Below, in pieces: positions 17,454 to 25,872 of a DNA stretch of 33,627 nucleotides. Where the stretch lies: positions 1-33,627 of the IMG/VR virus record IMGVR_UViG_3300034357_000077; one strand, given 5' to 3'. Position 1 is the first letter of the stretch; each line of letters opens with the position of its first letter. Source of the DNA: a virus (Duplodnaviria > Caudoviricetes). Made by a program: the position numbers and the translations under genes. The notes below the pieces were generated by a model. That model had not been told where the DNA came from, did no database searches, and was given only the letters and a program-made list of their open reading frames with translations.

Positions 17454-18163
17454 TGATAGTTTTAGTAGATGCTGATAGTTTAATTTGGAGTAGTTGCTAT
17501 CGTAAAAGAGAGACACCAGAGGACGAAATGTATCACACACTTGATGATGCTAAATTAAAGTTCGATGAAGTATTTATGTCAATCATAAATAAAATAGAAG
17601 ATGTATACGAAATAGATAAGGTTATGACTTTTGCTGGTGCCAAAGGTAACTTTAGAAAACAGATTTCAAAAACCTATAAAGCAAATCGTAAAGATAGCGA
17701 CAGACCACCATTGCTAAATGAACTGCAAAAGTATGTAAAAGAAGCATACGATGCTATTGCTGGAGAAGGAGTTGAAACAGACGATGTAGTAGCAACCTAT
17801 TGGAAAACTTTAACTACTACATTTGGAAGAGACGAGGTTCTAATAGTATCAATCGATAAAGACTACAAACAATTTCCTTGTTTGATTTACGACTACCATT
17901 ATAAGAAACAATGCTTTTATAATATATCAGAAGCAGAAGCAAAGTATAACTTTTGGACACAGATGATTGCTGGGGATAGTGCAGACAATGTAAACTATTG
18001 CAAAGGTTATGGGGAAGCATATTGCAGAAAGGCATTTAAAGACTGTTTAAGCACCTTTTCATATCTTAAGGTAACTTTTAGTCTATTCAAAAAGATATAT
18101 CGAAATAAGGCACGAGAGAAGTTTTTAGAGTGTTATCAATTATTAAAATTAAAAACAGAATGA
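17453..18163 (+). CDS. 5'-3' exonuclease (T5 D15/T7 gp6/FEN-like)
   Basis: LVDADS, NFRK...YKANRK, E.DDV, SIDKD..Q and GDSADN..Y..G.G motifs. Confidence 0.85.
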   Translation: MIVLVDADSLIWSSCYRKRETPEDEMYHTLDDAKLKFDEVFMSIINKIEDVYEIDKVMTFAGAKGNFRKQISKTYKANRKDSDRPPLLNELQKYVKEAYDAIAGEGVETDDVVATYWKTLTTTFGRDEVLIVSIDKDYKQFPCLIYDYHYKKQCFYNISEAEAKYNFWTQMIAGDSADNVNYCKGYGEAYCRKAFKDCLSTFSYLKVTFSLFKKIYRNKAREKFLECYQLLKLKTE

Positions 18164-18534
18164 CAAAAGAAGAAAGTATTGCAGATGAAATAAATAATTC
18201 ATTAGGTTTGAATTTATATGAAAATTCAAGAAGATTAAATTTAGTAGATGCTCGATCTCTTTATTGCTATATACTACACAAAGAATTAAATTATACGTTA
18301 TACCAAGTAAGAGATACCTTAAGACTAAAAGGTAAAAAGTTTAATCATTGTAGCGTATATCAATCCGCAAAAATATTTGACGAGGTTATAACTAGGAGAG
18401 ATGATATAAGACATTTGCTAAACAAAATTATGAATAGGTCAGCTATTAAATCTGTTTTACTCGATAAGATAAACAAAATAGATAGCGAAGAGCATTTACA
18501 TCAAATTAACGATTGCATAAATAATTCAATATGA
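18160..18534 (+). CDS. DNA-binding protein resembling the DnaA C-terminal (domain IV) HTH
   Basis: R....VDAR....Y.L......TL........NHCSV pattern; start revised to 18160. Confidence 0.55.
   Translation: MTKEESIADEINNSLGLNLYENSRRLNLVDARSLYCYILHKELNYTLYQVRDTLRLKGKKFNHCSVYQSAKIFDEVITRRDDIRHLLNKIMNRSAIKSVLLDKINKIDSEEHLHQINDCINNSI
18278..18302 (+). promoter_or_regulatory. Putative phage late promoter, copy 3 (intragenic, upstream of the modification/packaging cluster)
   Basis: acaaagaattaaattatacgttata has the same boxes and spacing as the four intergenic copies. Confidence 0.5.
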
Positions 18535-19139
18535 AAGAAATAATTAATTTAAAAGCATTTCCAATTAAGGATATAAAACCAAATCCTTTAAATCCACGTT
18601 TCATTAGAGACAAAAAGTTTGAAGATTTAAAGAGAAGCATTCAAGATTTACCACAGATGCTTTCATTGAGAGAAATTGTAGTAGATGAAGATTGCATAGT
18701 GCTGGGCGGTAATATGAGATTGAAAGCTTTAAAAGAATTGAAGTTCAAAATTACTGATGTCGTTATGTGGAAAGGACTTACGGCAGAAGAAAAAAAAGAA
18801 TTTATAATCAAAGACAATGCTAACTACGGAAACTGGGATTGGGATATACTCGCAAATTCTTTTGATGAAGCAGACTTAAAAAGATTTGGTTTAAACGTAT
18901 GGCAACCACAAGAAGCGGTTGAGGAATATAATGATTATGAATTTCAAAATTATGATGAGGAAGAAGATTTAGAAGAGGTCAACAGTGAGTTGTATAAAAA
19001 GAAACCAGTAATAGTTGTAGAATTTAATATACTTGACTATCCAGTTGCATTTGATTTAATCAAAACGCTTACAGAAAGGGGAGCAGACATTGGAGCATTA
19101 TTAATCGAAAAACTTATATCAGAAGATGGAAACATTTAA
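18531..19139 (+). CDS. ParB/Srx N-terminal domain protein 1
   Basis: IKPNPLNPR, REIVVDED..VLGGNMRLKA, IIKDN..YG.WD. Confidence 0.8.
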   Translation: MKEIINLKAFPIKDIKPNPLNPRFIRDKKFEDLKRSIQDLPQMLSLREIVVDEDCIVLGGNMRLKALKELKFKITDVVMWKGLTAEEKKEFIIKDNANYGNWDWDILANSFDEADLKRFGLNVWQPQEAVEEYNDYEFQNYDEEEDLEEVNSELYKKKPVIVVEFNILDYPVAFDLIKTLTERGADIGALLIEKLISEDGNI

Positions 19140-19695
19140 AATAGAAATTGGTAAATTAAAAAATACCGAATACAATCCTAGAGTTATTGATACATTCAAG
19201 TATGAAAGTTTAAAGAAGTCTTTGATTGATATGCCATATATGTTGATAGTTAGACCATTAATCGTAGATGAAGATTTCAATATTCTGGCTGGTAATATGC
19301 GTTACCGAGCGTGTATGGATTTACAATACAAAGAAGTATTTGTAAAACAGATATTAGATTTAACTGATAATCAAAAAAAGGAATTGATGGTTAAAGATAA
19401 TATTTCTTATGGAGAATGGGATGAACAAATTTTAGGAGATAACTTTGATACTACGCTGGTAAATGATTGGCTAGGTAAAGAGATTATAGATTATTCCGCT
19501 TTGCTTTACGAGGACGTATCTGATGAGATTGATGCTTTGCACGACAATATTAAAAAAGCAATTCATATAAAAATTAATGGAGACTTTGAAAAAGCACAAG
19601 AATTAGAGAAGCGTTTTAAGGAACGAAAAATATACATAGGACAGTTACTTATAGATAAACTAAAAGAAGTTAAGAAAGCGTATGAAACGAATTGA
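19126..19695 (+). CDS. ParB/Srx N-terminal domain protein 2
   Basis: YNPR, RPLIVDED..ILAGNMRYRA, VKDN.SYGEWD; paralog of the previous gene. Confidence 0.8.
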   Translation: METFKIEIGKLKNTEYNPRVIDTFKYESLKKSLIDMPYMLIVRPLIVDEDFNILAGNMRYRACMDLQYKEVFVKQILDLTDNQKKELMVKDNISYGEWDEQILGDNFDTTLVNDWLGKEIIDYSALLYEDVSDEIDALHDNIKKAIHIKINGDFEKAQELEKRFKERKIYIGQLLIDKLKEVKKAYETN

Positions 19696-20464
19696 TTTAC
19701 AGCAAGTTGAACACAATAGAAAGATTGGAGATATATGTGAATACATTGAGCCTAACCTAACAGAAGATAGTTTATTCTATTCCGATGGGGAGTTGATAGG
19801 GTTTTATATCCGAGACATATCGAAGTATAGCAAAAAACTTTCAGACTTGATTGCTATTGCAAATAAAGAATTATTATCCGATGCAGTTCCAAAACAAATG
19901 ATGAAGCGTAGTAGTGGTATAAGAGATAAAGCAAAGGATGTTAGTCAATTCTCAACTATACTTGGAGCCATAGCACCTAAACCACATATGGGAAGAAACT
20001 ACGCAAGTATTAGTTCCGTTCACTATCATAAGAGTGCAAAGACATTTGTAAAAGCAATGTTACTGGCTTCAGAAGAAAGTGCTAAACTAATTCAAGAGAT
20101 AGCACCTAAAATTTATGAAGAGCAGTTAGAGCAAATGAGTAAAGTAAAAGACCAATGGAAGTTCGGTAAGTTGTTTACAAGTTCTATTTCAAACTATAAT
20201 ATATCTGCTGGGTTTCATATTGATAACGCAAACATAAAAGGATGTTGCAATGTGATAATTTGTAAGAGACAAAACAGTAAAGGAGGATGCACAACAATTC
20301 CAGACTATGGAACAACAGTTGATAGTTGTGATAATAGTATGCTGGTTTATCCAGCTTGGAGAAACGTACACGCTGTAACACCAATTATCCCTTTGTCAGA
20401 TGATGGTTATAGAAACACATTAGTGTTTTATCCTTTAAAAGCATTCCTAAATGAAAACGTTTAA
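19682..20464 (+). CDS. TET/JBP-family 2OG-Fe(II) dioxygenase
   Basis: FTSSISNYN..AGFHIDNAN (HxD), GG.T..P, HAVTPI (distal His) and RNTLVFY (2OG-binding Arg). Confidence 0.8.
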   Translation: MKRIDLQQVEHNRKIGDICEYIEPNLTEDSLFYSDGELIGFYIRDISKYSKKLSDLIAIANKELLSDAVPKQMMKRSSGIRDKAKDVSQFSTILGAIAPKPHMGRNYASISSVHYHKSAKTFVKAMLLASEESAKLIQEIAPKIYEEQLEQMSKVKDQWKFGKLFTSSISNYNISAGFHIDNANIKGCCNVIICKRQNSKGGCTTIPDYGTTVDSCDNSMLVYPAWRNVHAVTPIIPLSDDGYRNTLVFYPLKAFLNENV

Positions 20465-21449
20465 TGCATTATCATTCGACAGAAGTAAGAGCCGATGGGA
20501 AGAACATTTATATGATCTTACTCCAGTTGAAAAAATAGGAGACATATATTTTAAAAGAGAAGATAAATTCGCACCACTTGGATTTGGTTCTATAAACGGA
20601 AGTAAATTAAGACAATGTATTTGGCTGGTTCACGAGTGGGTTCGTACTAAAAATATTAGAGGAGTTGTAAGTGGAAGCGTAATAGGTTCGCCACAACATC
20701 CATTCATATCTTCAATCTGTAAACACTATAATATTGGATGTCTGATAGTTACGGGTTCAAAAAATTATCAGTCACATAAAAATATGCAGTTAGCAGAAGA
20801 AAATGGAGCGCAATTCTATGTTACTAACATTGGTTATGCAAAAGCATTACAAAGTAAATCATTCAAGTTAGCAAAGTTATTACCTAACCACGAGGTACTG
20901 GAGACAAACATTACAGTTGATGAAAGAATTAATAGTCCGGAAAGAGTAGAAGCATTTCACAAAGTAGGAAGTTATCAAGCAAACAATATTCCAGACCACA
21001 TAGAAACTTTAATAATACCTTGCGGAAGTTGTAATTCAGTTACTTCTATTCTGTATGGTATTGCTTTAAAGAAGCCAAAATCATTGAAGCGTATCTTACT
21101 TATGGGAATTGGAAACAACGGAAGTTATCATTTAGATTACATTCCACGTAGGTTAAAAATAATTAGCGGAGTGCTGGGTATAGATTTGAATAGTAAGTTT
21201 GATTATACATTTTTGAAAGACAGAAACAAAAACGGCATAGAGGTTTTACATCACAATTTAAATGGTTCGGGTTTCTGTACTTACGAATGTTGGATGCCAT
21301 TTTCATATAGCGGAATAGAATTACATCCGAGATATGAAGGTAAGGTATTTAATTATATGAAGTCAAAGCCAGACGATTTTGAAAAGTATATGAACGCAAA
21401 GACATTATTTTGGGTTGTAGGTAATGAGCCTACGTTTATTCCAACATAG
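20451..21449 (+). CDS. PLP-dependent enzyme (fold type II, ACC deaminase/D-cysteine desulfhydrase-like), probable DNA-base amino-acid decarboxylase
   Basis: LTPVE...FKRED......INGSKLRQ (PLP lysine), IPCGSCNS glycine loop, LHPRYEGK and LFWVVG. Confidence 0.75.
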   Translation: MKTFNALSFDRSKSRWEEHLYDLTPVEKIGDIYFKREDKFAPLGFGSINGSKLRQCIWLVHEWVRTKNIRGVVSGSVIGSPQHPFISSICKHYNIGCLIVTGSKNYQSHKNMQLAEENGAQFYVTNIGYAKALQSKSFKLAKLLPNHEVLETNITVDERINSPERVEAFHKVGSYQANNIPDHIETLIIPCGSCNSVTSILYGIALKKPKSLKRILLMGIGNNGSYHLDYIPRRLKIISGVLGIDLNSKFDYTFLKDRNKNGIEVLHHNLNGSGFCTYECWMPFSYSGIELHPRYEGKVFNYMKSKPDDFEKYMNAKTLFWVVGNEPTFIPT

Positions 21450-21468
21450 TCACGAGAGGTAAAATAAA

Positions 21469-21550
21469 GCATTTTAAAGGACTTTTATATTCTGATAGGT
21501 ATTTTGTTATAAACTTTTAGAGCATTAAAAATCCTATCGATAAGATAGAT
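21469..21550 (+). repeat. Dispersed two-box intergenic element, copy B
   Basis: gcattttaaaggact at 21469 and ttaaaaatcctatcg at 21525. Confidence 0.75.
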
Positions 21551-21563
21551 AAGAAGACACATT

Positions 21564-22661
21564 ATGATTGGAAGATATTGCGATATAAATAAAGAAACTG
21601 AAGAGAAAGAATTACAATACGGATTAGATTTCAGACTACCTAAATACAGACGAGAAGTGTTTTTAAGGTTTTATGAGTTCCATTTAAAAAACAAAGGTCA
21701 CGCTGGGGCGGTGTATTATGCATTTCCGTTTATCTTTGAAAAGTTACAAATGTCGAGAGAACAAAAACTATGGTTCGCTTACATTAACGGATGTACTCAA
21801 AATGTAATTACTACATATCTTATTTTCGAGCAGATACCAAACTTGAAAGAAATAGATATGCCAAAGTTCAGTAAATGGTTCCGAACAAATTATGACAAAC
21901 TTGGCTGGGATACAGACAGAAGATATGTAAAGAATGTATTTGAAACTTGCATAGAGAATTACATACACGTTTTAAACGGAAGGACACAAGAACAATTTTT
22001 TACAATGAGAGATGAGCCAGAGCATAAATTTACAAACTTCAATTCACTTTGGAATACAGTAATAAACAACTTTCATACCTTTGGTAGATTGGCAACCTTT
22101 AGTTATCTCGAGTTCCTTAAAATTGCTGGGTTGAATATCGATTGCGATAGTTTATTTTTAGATGACATTGGAGGTTCCAAATCACATAGGAATGGATTGT
22201 GCAAAGTGCTGGGGCGAGATGATATGGATTGGTATAAGACTGACTATACATATTCTAAAGAGCAGTTAGATTGGTTAAAAGAAGAGGGAAGAATACTTTT
22301 AGAAGAAGCAAGACAAAGATTTCCACACGAGGATTTATCATACTTCACATTAGAGACTACGCTTTGTTGTTACAAGTCTTGGCACAGACCAAACAGAAGA
22401 TACCCAAATGTATATAACGATATGTTTTACGATAGGATAAAATATGCAGAGAGCAAATGGAAAAAAAAGTTACCGATATTTTGGGAAGCAAGAAAAAAGT
22501 ATCTTCCAAAAGAATTAAGATTAGAAGATAATAAAGCAGACTTCGGAGTTCATAAGACAAAACAAAATCATTACAGATTAACTGGCCAAGTAATAATGAT
22601 GAACAACGATTGGGAATGCTTTGATAATAATTATAATGATTACGTAAAAAACAGACAATGA
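21564..22661 (+). CDS. Amino-acid:DNA transferase (aGPT-Pplase family)
   Basis: DTDRRY.K, FGRLATFSYLE (HhH-glycosylase-like), SHRNGL and LETTLC.YK motifs; flanked by a PLP enzyme and a kinase. Confidence 0.75.
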   Translation: MIGRYCDINKETEEKELQYGLDFRLPKYRREVFLRFYEFHLKNKGHAGAVYYAFPFIFEKLQMSREQKLWFAYINGCTQNVITTYLIFEQIPNLKEIDMPKFSKWFRTNYDKLGWDTDRRYVKNVFETCIENYIHVLNGRTQEQFFTMRDEPEHKFTNFNSLWNTVINNFHTFGRLATFSYLEFLKIAGLNIDCDSLFLDDIGGSKSHRNGLCKVLGRDDMDWYKTDYTYSKEQLDWLKEEGRILLEEARQRFPHEDLSYFTLETTLCCYKSWHRPNRRYPNVYNDMFYDRIKYAESKWKKKLPIFWEARKKYLPKELRLEDNKADFGVHKTKQNHYRLTGQVIMMNNDWECFDNNYNDYVKNRQ

Positions 22662-23128
22662 CAATACTACTAATAGGAATGTGTGGAAGCGGTAAGACGT
22701 GGGTAATGGAACAATTAATTCAATACTATGTGTTATCACATAAAAGAAAAGCCGGAAAGATATATTACCATACAGACAATAGAATAGTTGTGCTGGGTAA
22801 ATACGATGGTTCAATGTATCAAGGTTCCGATAAGTTATCAATGTCTGTTATGACTGATGTTGATGCGTTTCTATCTTGGAACAAAACTAACATAGTAATA
22901 GCAGAGGGTGATAGATTTACAAATGGAAAGTTTATCGGCAAAGCAAATCCAATAGTAATAAAGATTACAGATGATGGAGTAGTAGGTAGATTGAAAAGAA
23001 ATAGCAGTCAGTCTGAGCGACATTTAAAATCAATGTACACACGAGTAAATAATATTAAAGCAGACAAAGAAGTTATCAATTCAATAGAAGCATTACAATT
23101 AATTAAAAATATTATAGATGGCAAATAG
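22658..23128 (+). CDS. P-loop nucleotide kinase, probable 5-hydroxymethyluracil-DNA kinase
   Basis: GMCGSGKT, LGKY....QGSD.LSMSV and EGDRF motifs; context within the modification cluster. Confidence 0.75.
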   Translation: MTILLIGMCGSGKTWVMEQLIQYYVLSHKRKAGKIYYHTDNRIVVLGKYDGSMYQGSDKLSMSVMTDVDAFLSWNKTNIVIAEGDRFTNGKFIGKANPIVIKITDDGVVGRLKRNSSQSERHLKSMYTRVNNIKADKEVINSIEALQLIKNIIDGK

Positions 23129-23453
23129 TGACATATTAAAAAAGGGAATGGTTGAAGCATTAGAGAAGACTTTAGGAATAGTATCATCGGCTTGTAAAAT
23201 GGTAGGCATAGCACGTTGGACACATTACCGCTGGTTAGAAGAAGATGCAGACTATAAGAAGCAATGTATGGACATAGACAATATGACTTTAGACTTTGCA
23301 GAAAGTCAATTACATAAGCAAATTGCTGAGGGTAATACATCTGCTACCATATTCTTTTTAAAGACTAAAGGTAAAAAACGTGGCTACATTGAAAGAGTTG
23401 AAATGGATAATGGAGAAGATAATAATTCATTCCGAGTAGAAGTAGTTGAATGA
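23118..23453 (+). CDS. terS: Terminase small subunit (HTH)
   Basis: EALEKTLGIVSSAC...GI.R.THYRW and DFAES.L......GN..ATIFFLKTKGKKRGY; directly upstream of terL. Confidence 0.75.
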   Translation: MANSDILKKGMVEALEKTLGIVSSACKMVGIARWTHYRWLEEDADYKKQCMDIDNMTLDFAESQLHKQIAEGNTSATIFFLKTKGKKRGYIERVEMDNGEDNNSFRVEVVE

Positions 23454-24607
23454 AAGATATAAAAACAAATATTGTCTGGAAGCACTTATCCAATTCAGAT
23501 AAAAGAATTATCATTGAGCAAGGCGGTACTCGTAGTGGTAAGACTTACAATATTCTGATGTGGATAATATTTTCATATTGCGCAAAAAACAAAGGAAAGA
23601 TAATTACTATATGCCGGAAGACATATCCAGCATTACGTGCAACTGCTATGAGAGATTTCTTTGAGATACTAAAAGAGAATGAATTATACAATGAAAGTTC
23701 ACATAACAAATCTTCAAGTGAATTTCAGTTTAAAGGAAATACAATAGAATTTATATCGTTAGACAAGCCGACAAAGATTAGAGGACGTAAAAGAGATTTG
23801 CTTTACATCAACGAGGCCAATGAGATTACATTTGAAGATTGGCAACAGTTAATTTTTAGGACCACTGGGCGTATTATTTTGGACTACAATCCTTCAGATG
23901 AGTTCCACTTCATCTACGATAAAATTAAGCCAAGAGAGGACGCAGATTTCTTTATTACTACCTACAAGAATAATAAGTTTTTATCACCAGATATTATAGC
24001 AGAGATAGAAAGACTGAAAGACATAGACGATAACTATTGGAAAGTATATGGGTTAGGAGAAGTAGGTACAAGTAAATCAATTATCTTTAGAATACAAGAC
24101 TGTTCTGAGGTTCCAGATACTGCAACATTCCTTTCATACGGAATGGATTTTGGGTTTACCAATGATCCGACTACGTTAGTTGGAATATGGAAACAAGGAG
24201 ACGATTTATACCTTAAAGAATTCTTATTTAAGACTGGTTTAACTAACAGAGATATTGACGCATATTTAAAACAGCTGGGGGTAGAACGTAAAGAAATATA
24301 TGCAGATAGTGCTGAGCCTAAATCAATAGAAGAATTATATCGTATGGGTTGGAATATTAAACCAGCAACCAAAGGTCAAGGCAGTATTAATATTGGAATT
24401 GATATGATGAAACGATACAGATTAAACATTACAAGAGACAGTTTGAATATGATTAAAGAGTTTAAGAATTACAAATGGGCAGAAGATAAAAACGGAGTGG
24501 TTCTTAATACTCCAGTTGATATGTTCAATCACACAATCGATGCAGTTCGTTATGGCTTGTACGATAAGTTAGCAAGGCCAAACTATGGAAAGTATGCAAT
24601 AAGATAA
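23450..24607 (+). CDS. terL: Terminase large subunit (PBSX-like)
   Basis: QGGTRSGKT, INEANE, DYNPS, GMDFGFTNDPT, ADSAEP and NHTIDAVRY. Confidence 0.92.
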   Translation: MKDIKTNIVWKHLSNSDKRIIIEQGGTRSGKTYNILMWIIFSYCAKNKGKIITICRKTYPALRATAMRDFFEILKENELYNESSHNKSSSEFQFKGNTIEFISLDKPTKIRGRKRDLLYINEANEITFEDWQQLIFRTTGRIILDYNPSDEFHFIYDKIKPREDADFFITTYKNNKFLSPDIIAEIERLKDIDDNYWKVYGLGEVGTSKSIIFRIQDCSEVPDTATFLSYGMDFGFTNDPTTLVGIWKQGDDLYLKEFLFKTGLTNRDIDAYLKQLGVERKEIYADSAEPKSIEELYRMGWNIKPATKGQGSINIGIDMMKRYRLNITRDSLNMIKEFKNYKWAEDKNGVVLNTPVDMFNHTIDAVRYGLYDKLARPNYGKYAIR

Positions 24608-24614
24608 ATTTCAC

Positions 24615-24639
24615 ACAAATAAATAATAAATACGTTATA
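24615..24639 (+). promoter_or_regulatory. Putative phage late promoter, copy 4
   Basis: acaaataaataataaatacgttata upstream of ATG 24655. Confidence 0.65.
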
Positions 24640-24654
24640 TATAAAAGCAAACTA

Positions 24655-25302
24655 ATGAAACTATCAGTACCTACATCGTTAAAAGATATTACATTGTCAA
24701 AATACCTAGAGTATCTGAAAGCGATTAAAGAAGCTGAAAAGCATCCAGACCCAAACTATTTAGAAATAAAAAAGATAGAGATATTTTGCAACCTTACTCA
24801 CATAGAAGTTTTGAATATAGAGTATTCTTTCATCAGTTCAATTAGTGAAAGGATAGATGAAATTATAAAGCAACAGCCAGAACTTGTAATGAAATTTAAA
24901 GTTGGGGATATTACATTTGGCTGGTTACCTAAACTTGATGATATGAAATATGCGGAGTTCCTAGATTTAAACACAAACATATCTGATTGGGAAACTATAA
25001 TACATTCAATGGGAGTTCTCTATAGACCAATAACAAAAGAGTTTAAAGGCAAATATTTAGTTGAAGAATACAAAGGCGATACTTACCACGATGCTCTAAA
25101 ACAAATGCCAATGGATGCCGTAGTGGGTGCGATGGTTTTTTTTTGGAATTTAGGTCTGGATTGCACGACTTATATTCTGAGGTATTTGGAACAGAAGAGT
25201 ACGATGAGTTTTCAGAAGCAACTCAATTTAGTAGAAACTGGGGTTGGTATGCAACAATCGATGAACTCGCTGGCGGAGACATTACAAAGTATGAAGCAGT
25301 AG
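24655..25302 (+). CDS. Tail assembly chaperone (0-frame product, putative)
   Basis: VPTSL.DITL..Y, FGWLP.LDD....EF.DL and LYRP motifs; contains a T9 slippery run. Confidence 0.55.
   Translation: MKLSVPTSLKDITLSKYLEYLKAIKEAEKHPDPNYLEIKKIEIFCNLTHIEVLNIEYSFISSISERIDEIIKQQPELVMKFKVGDITFGWLPKLDDMKYAEFLDLNTNISDWETIIHSMGVLYRPITKEFKGKYLVEEYKGDTYHDALKQMPMDAVVGAMVFFWNLGLDCTTYILRYLEQKSTMSFQKQLNLVETGVGMQQSMNSLAETLQSMKQ
25136..25144 (+). other. -1 ribosomal frameshift slippery site (T TTT TTT)
   Basis: GTT TTT TTT TGG in the 0 frame. The -1 frame is open from here to 25406. Confidence 0.65.
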
Positions 25303-25406
25303 AAAATTTACCAATGCATAAATGTTTATATAATTTATGTTATAAGATTTCCAAAAACAAAAAAGAACGAAACGAACTAAAAAGAATACAAAAAAATGGC
25401 AGATAA
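25143..25406 (+). CDS. Frameshift extension of the tail chaperone (gpGT-like), probably not independently initiated
   Basis: The ORF begins at the slippery run, encodes WGWY...ELAGGDITKYEAV..LP...CL, and overlaps the next start (25396). Confidence 0.6.
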   Translation: MEFRSGLHDLYSEVFGTEEYDEFSEATQFSRNWGWYATIDELAGGDITKYEAVENLPMHKCLYNLCYKISKNKKERNELKRIQKNGR

Positions 25407-25872
25407 TTTAAGAGGGGTAGAAGCAATTTATAGAATTATTGATGCCTTAAAAACAGAACTTATAAGCAATCCTTTTTGCAATAAGGTTACAGTAGGTACT
25501 CTAACAGAAGTTGATCTAGCAAAGATGACTATATTTCCTTTGGCGCATATTGTACTTGACACAGTTACGCATAATGAAAACACATTATCATTTTCTGTTA
25601 CTCTTTTTAATTTAGATATTGTAGATATATCAAAAGACTTACCAGCAGATGATATATACGGAAATGACAACCTTGTCTATATTTGGACAAATCAACTTTA
25701 TGTAGTCAATAGATTAGTTGCTAGGATAAAACAAAGTACAATTTACAATGACGGCTGGGAGTTGGAAAACATACCGAGTTCTGAATTCATAAATAAAGAA
25801 ATGGAGAATATGTTAGCTGGGTTTCAAACTACCATAGTTATAACAGTTCCAAACGATATAAGCGTATGTTAA
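25396..25872 (+). CDS. Tail terminator/completion protein (putative)
   Basis: VT.G....VDL.K.TIFPLAH and ENMLAG motifs; tail module context. Confidence 0.55.
   Translation: MADNLRGVEAIYRIIDALKTELISNPFCNKVTVGTLTEVDLAKMTIFPLAHIVLDTVTHNENTLSFSVTLFNLDIVDISKDLPADDIYGNDNLVYIWTNQLYVVNRLVARIKQSTIYNDGWELENIPSSEFINKEMENMLAGFQTTIVITVPNDISVC

Noticed and set aside
18531-19695. ParABS plasmid-prophage partition system
   Set aside because: There is no ParA ATPase, no central HTH typical of partition ParB, and no repressor or integrase; the context is modification and packaging.
19682-20464. TET acting on 5-methylcytosine, as in phage C5-MTase/TET/glycosyltransferase systems
   Set aside because: No cytosine methyltransferase or glycosyltransferase is recognisable, and the neighbours are 5hmU-pathway enzymes. 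This is disfavoured rather than excluded, since a host methylase could supply 5mC.
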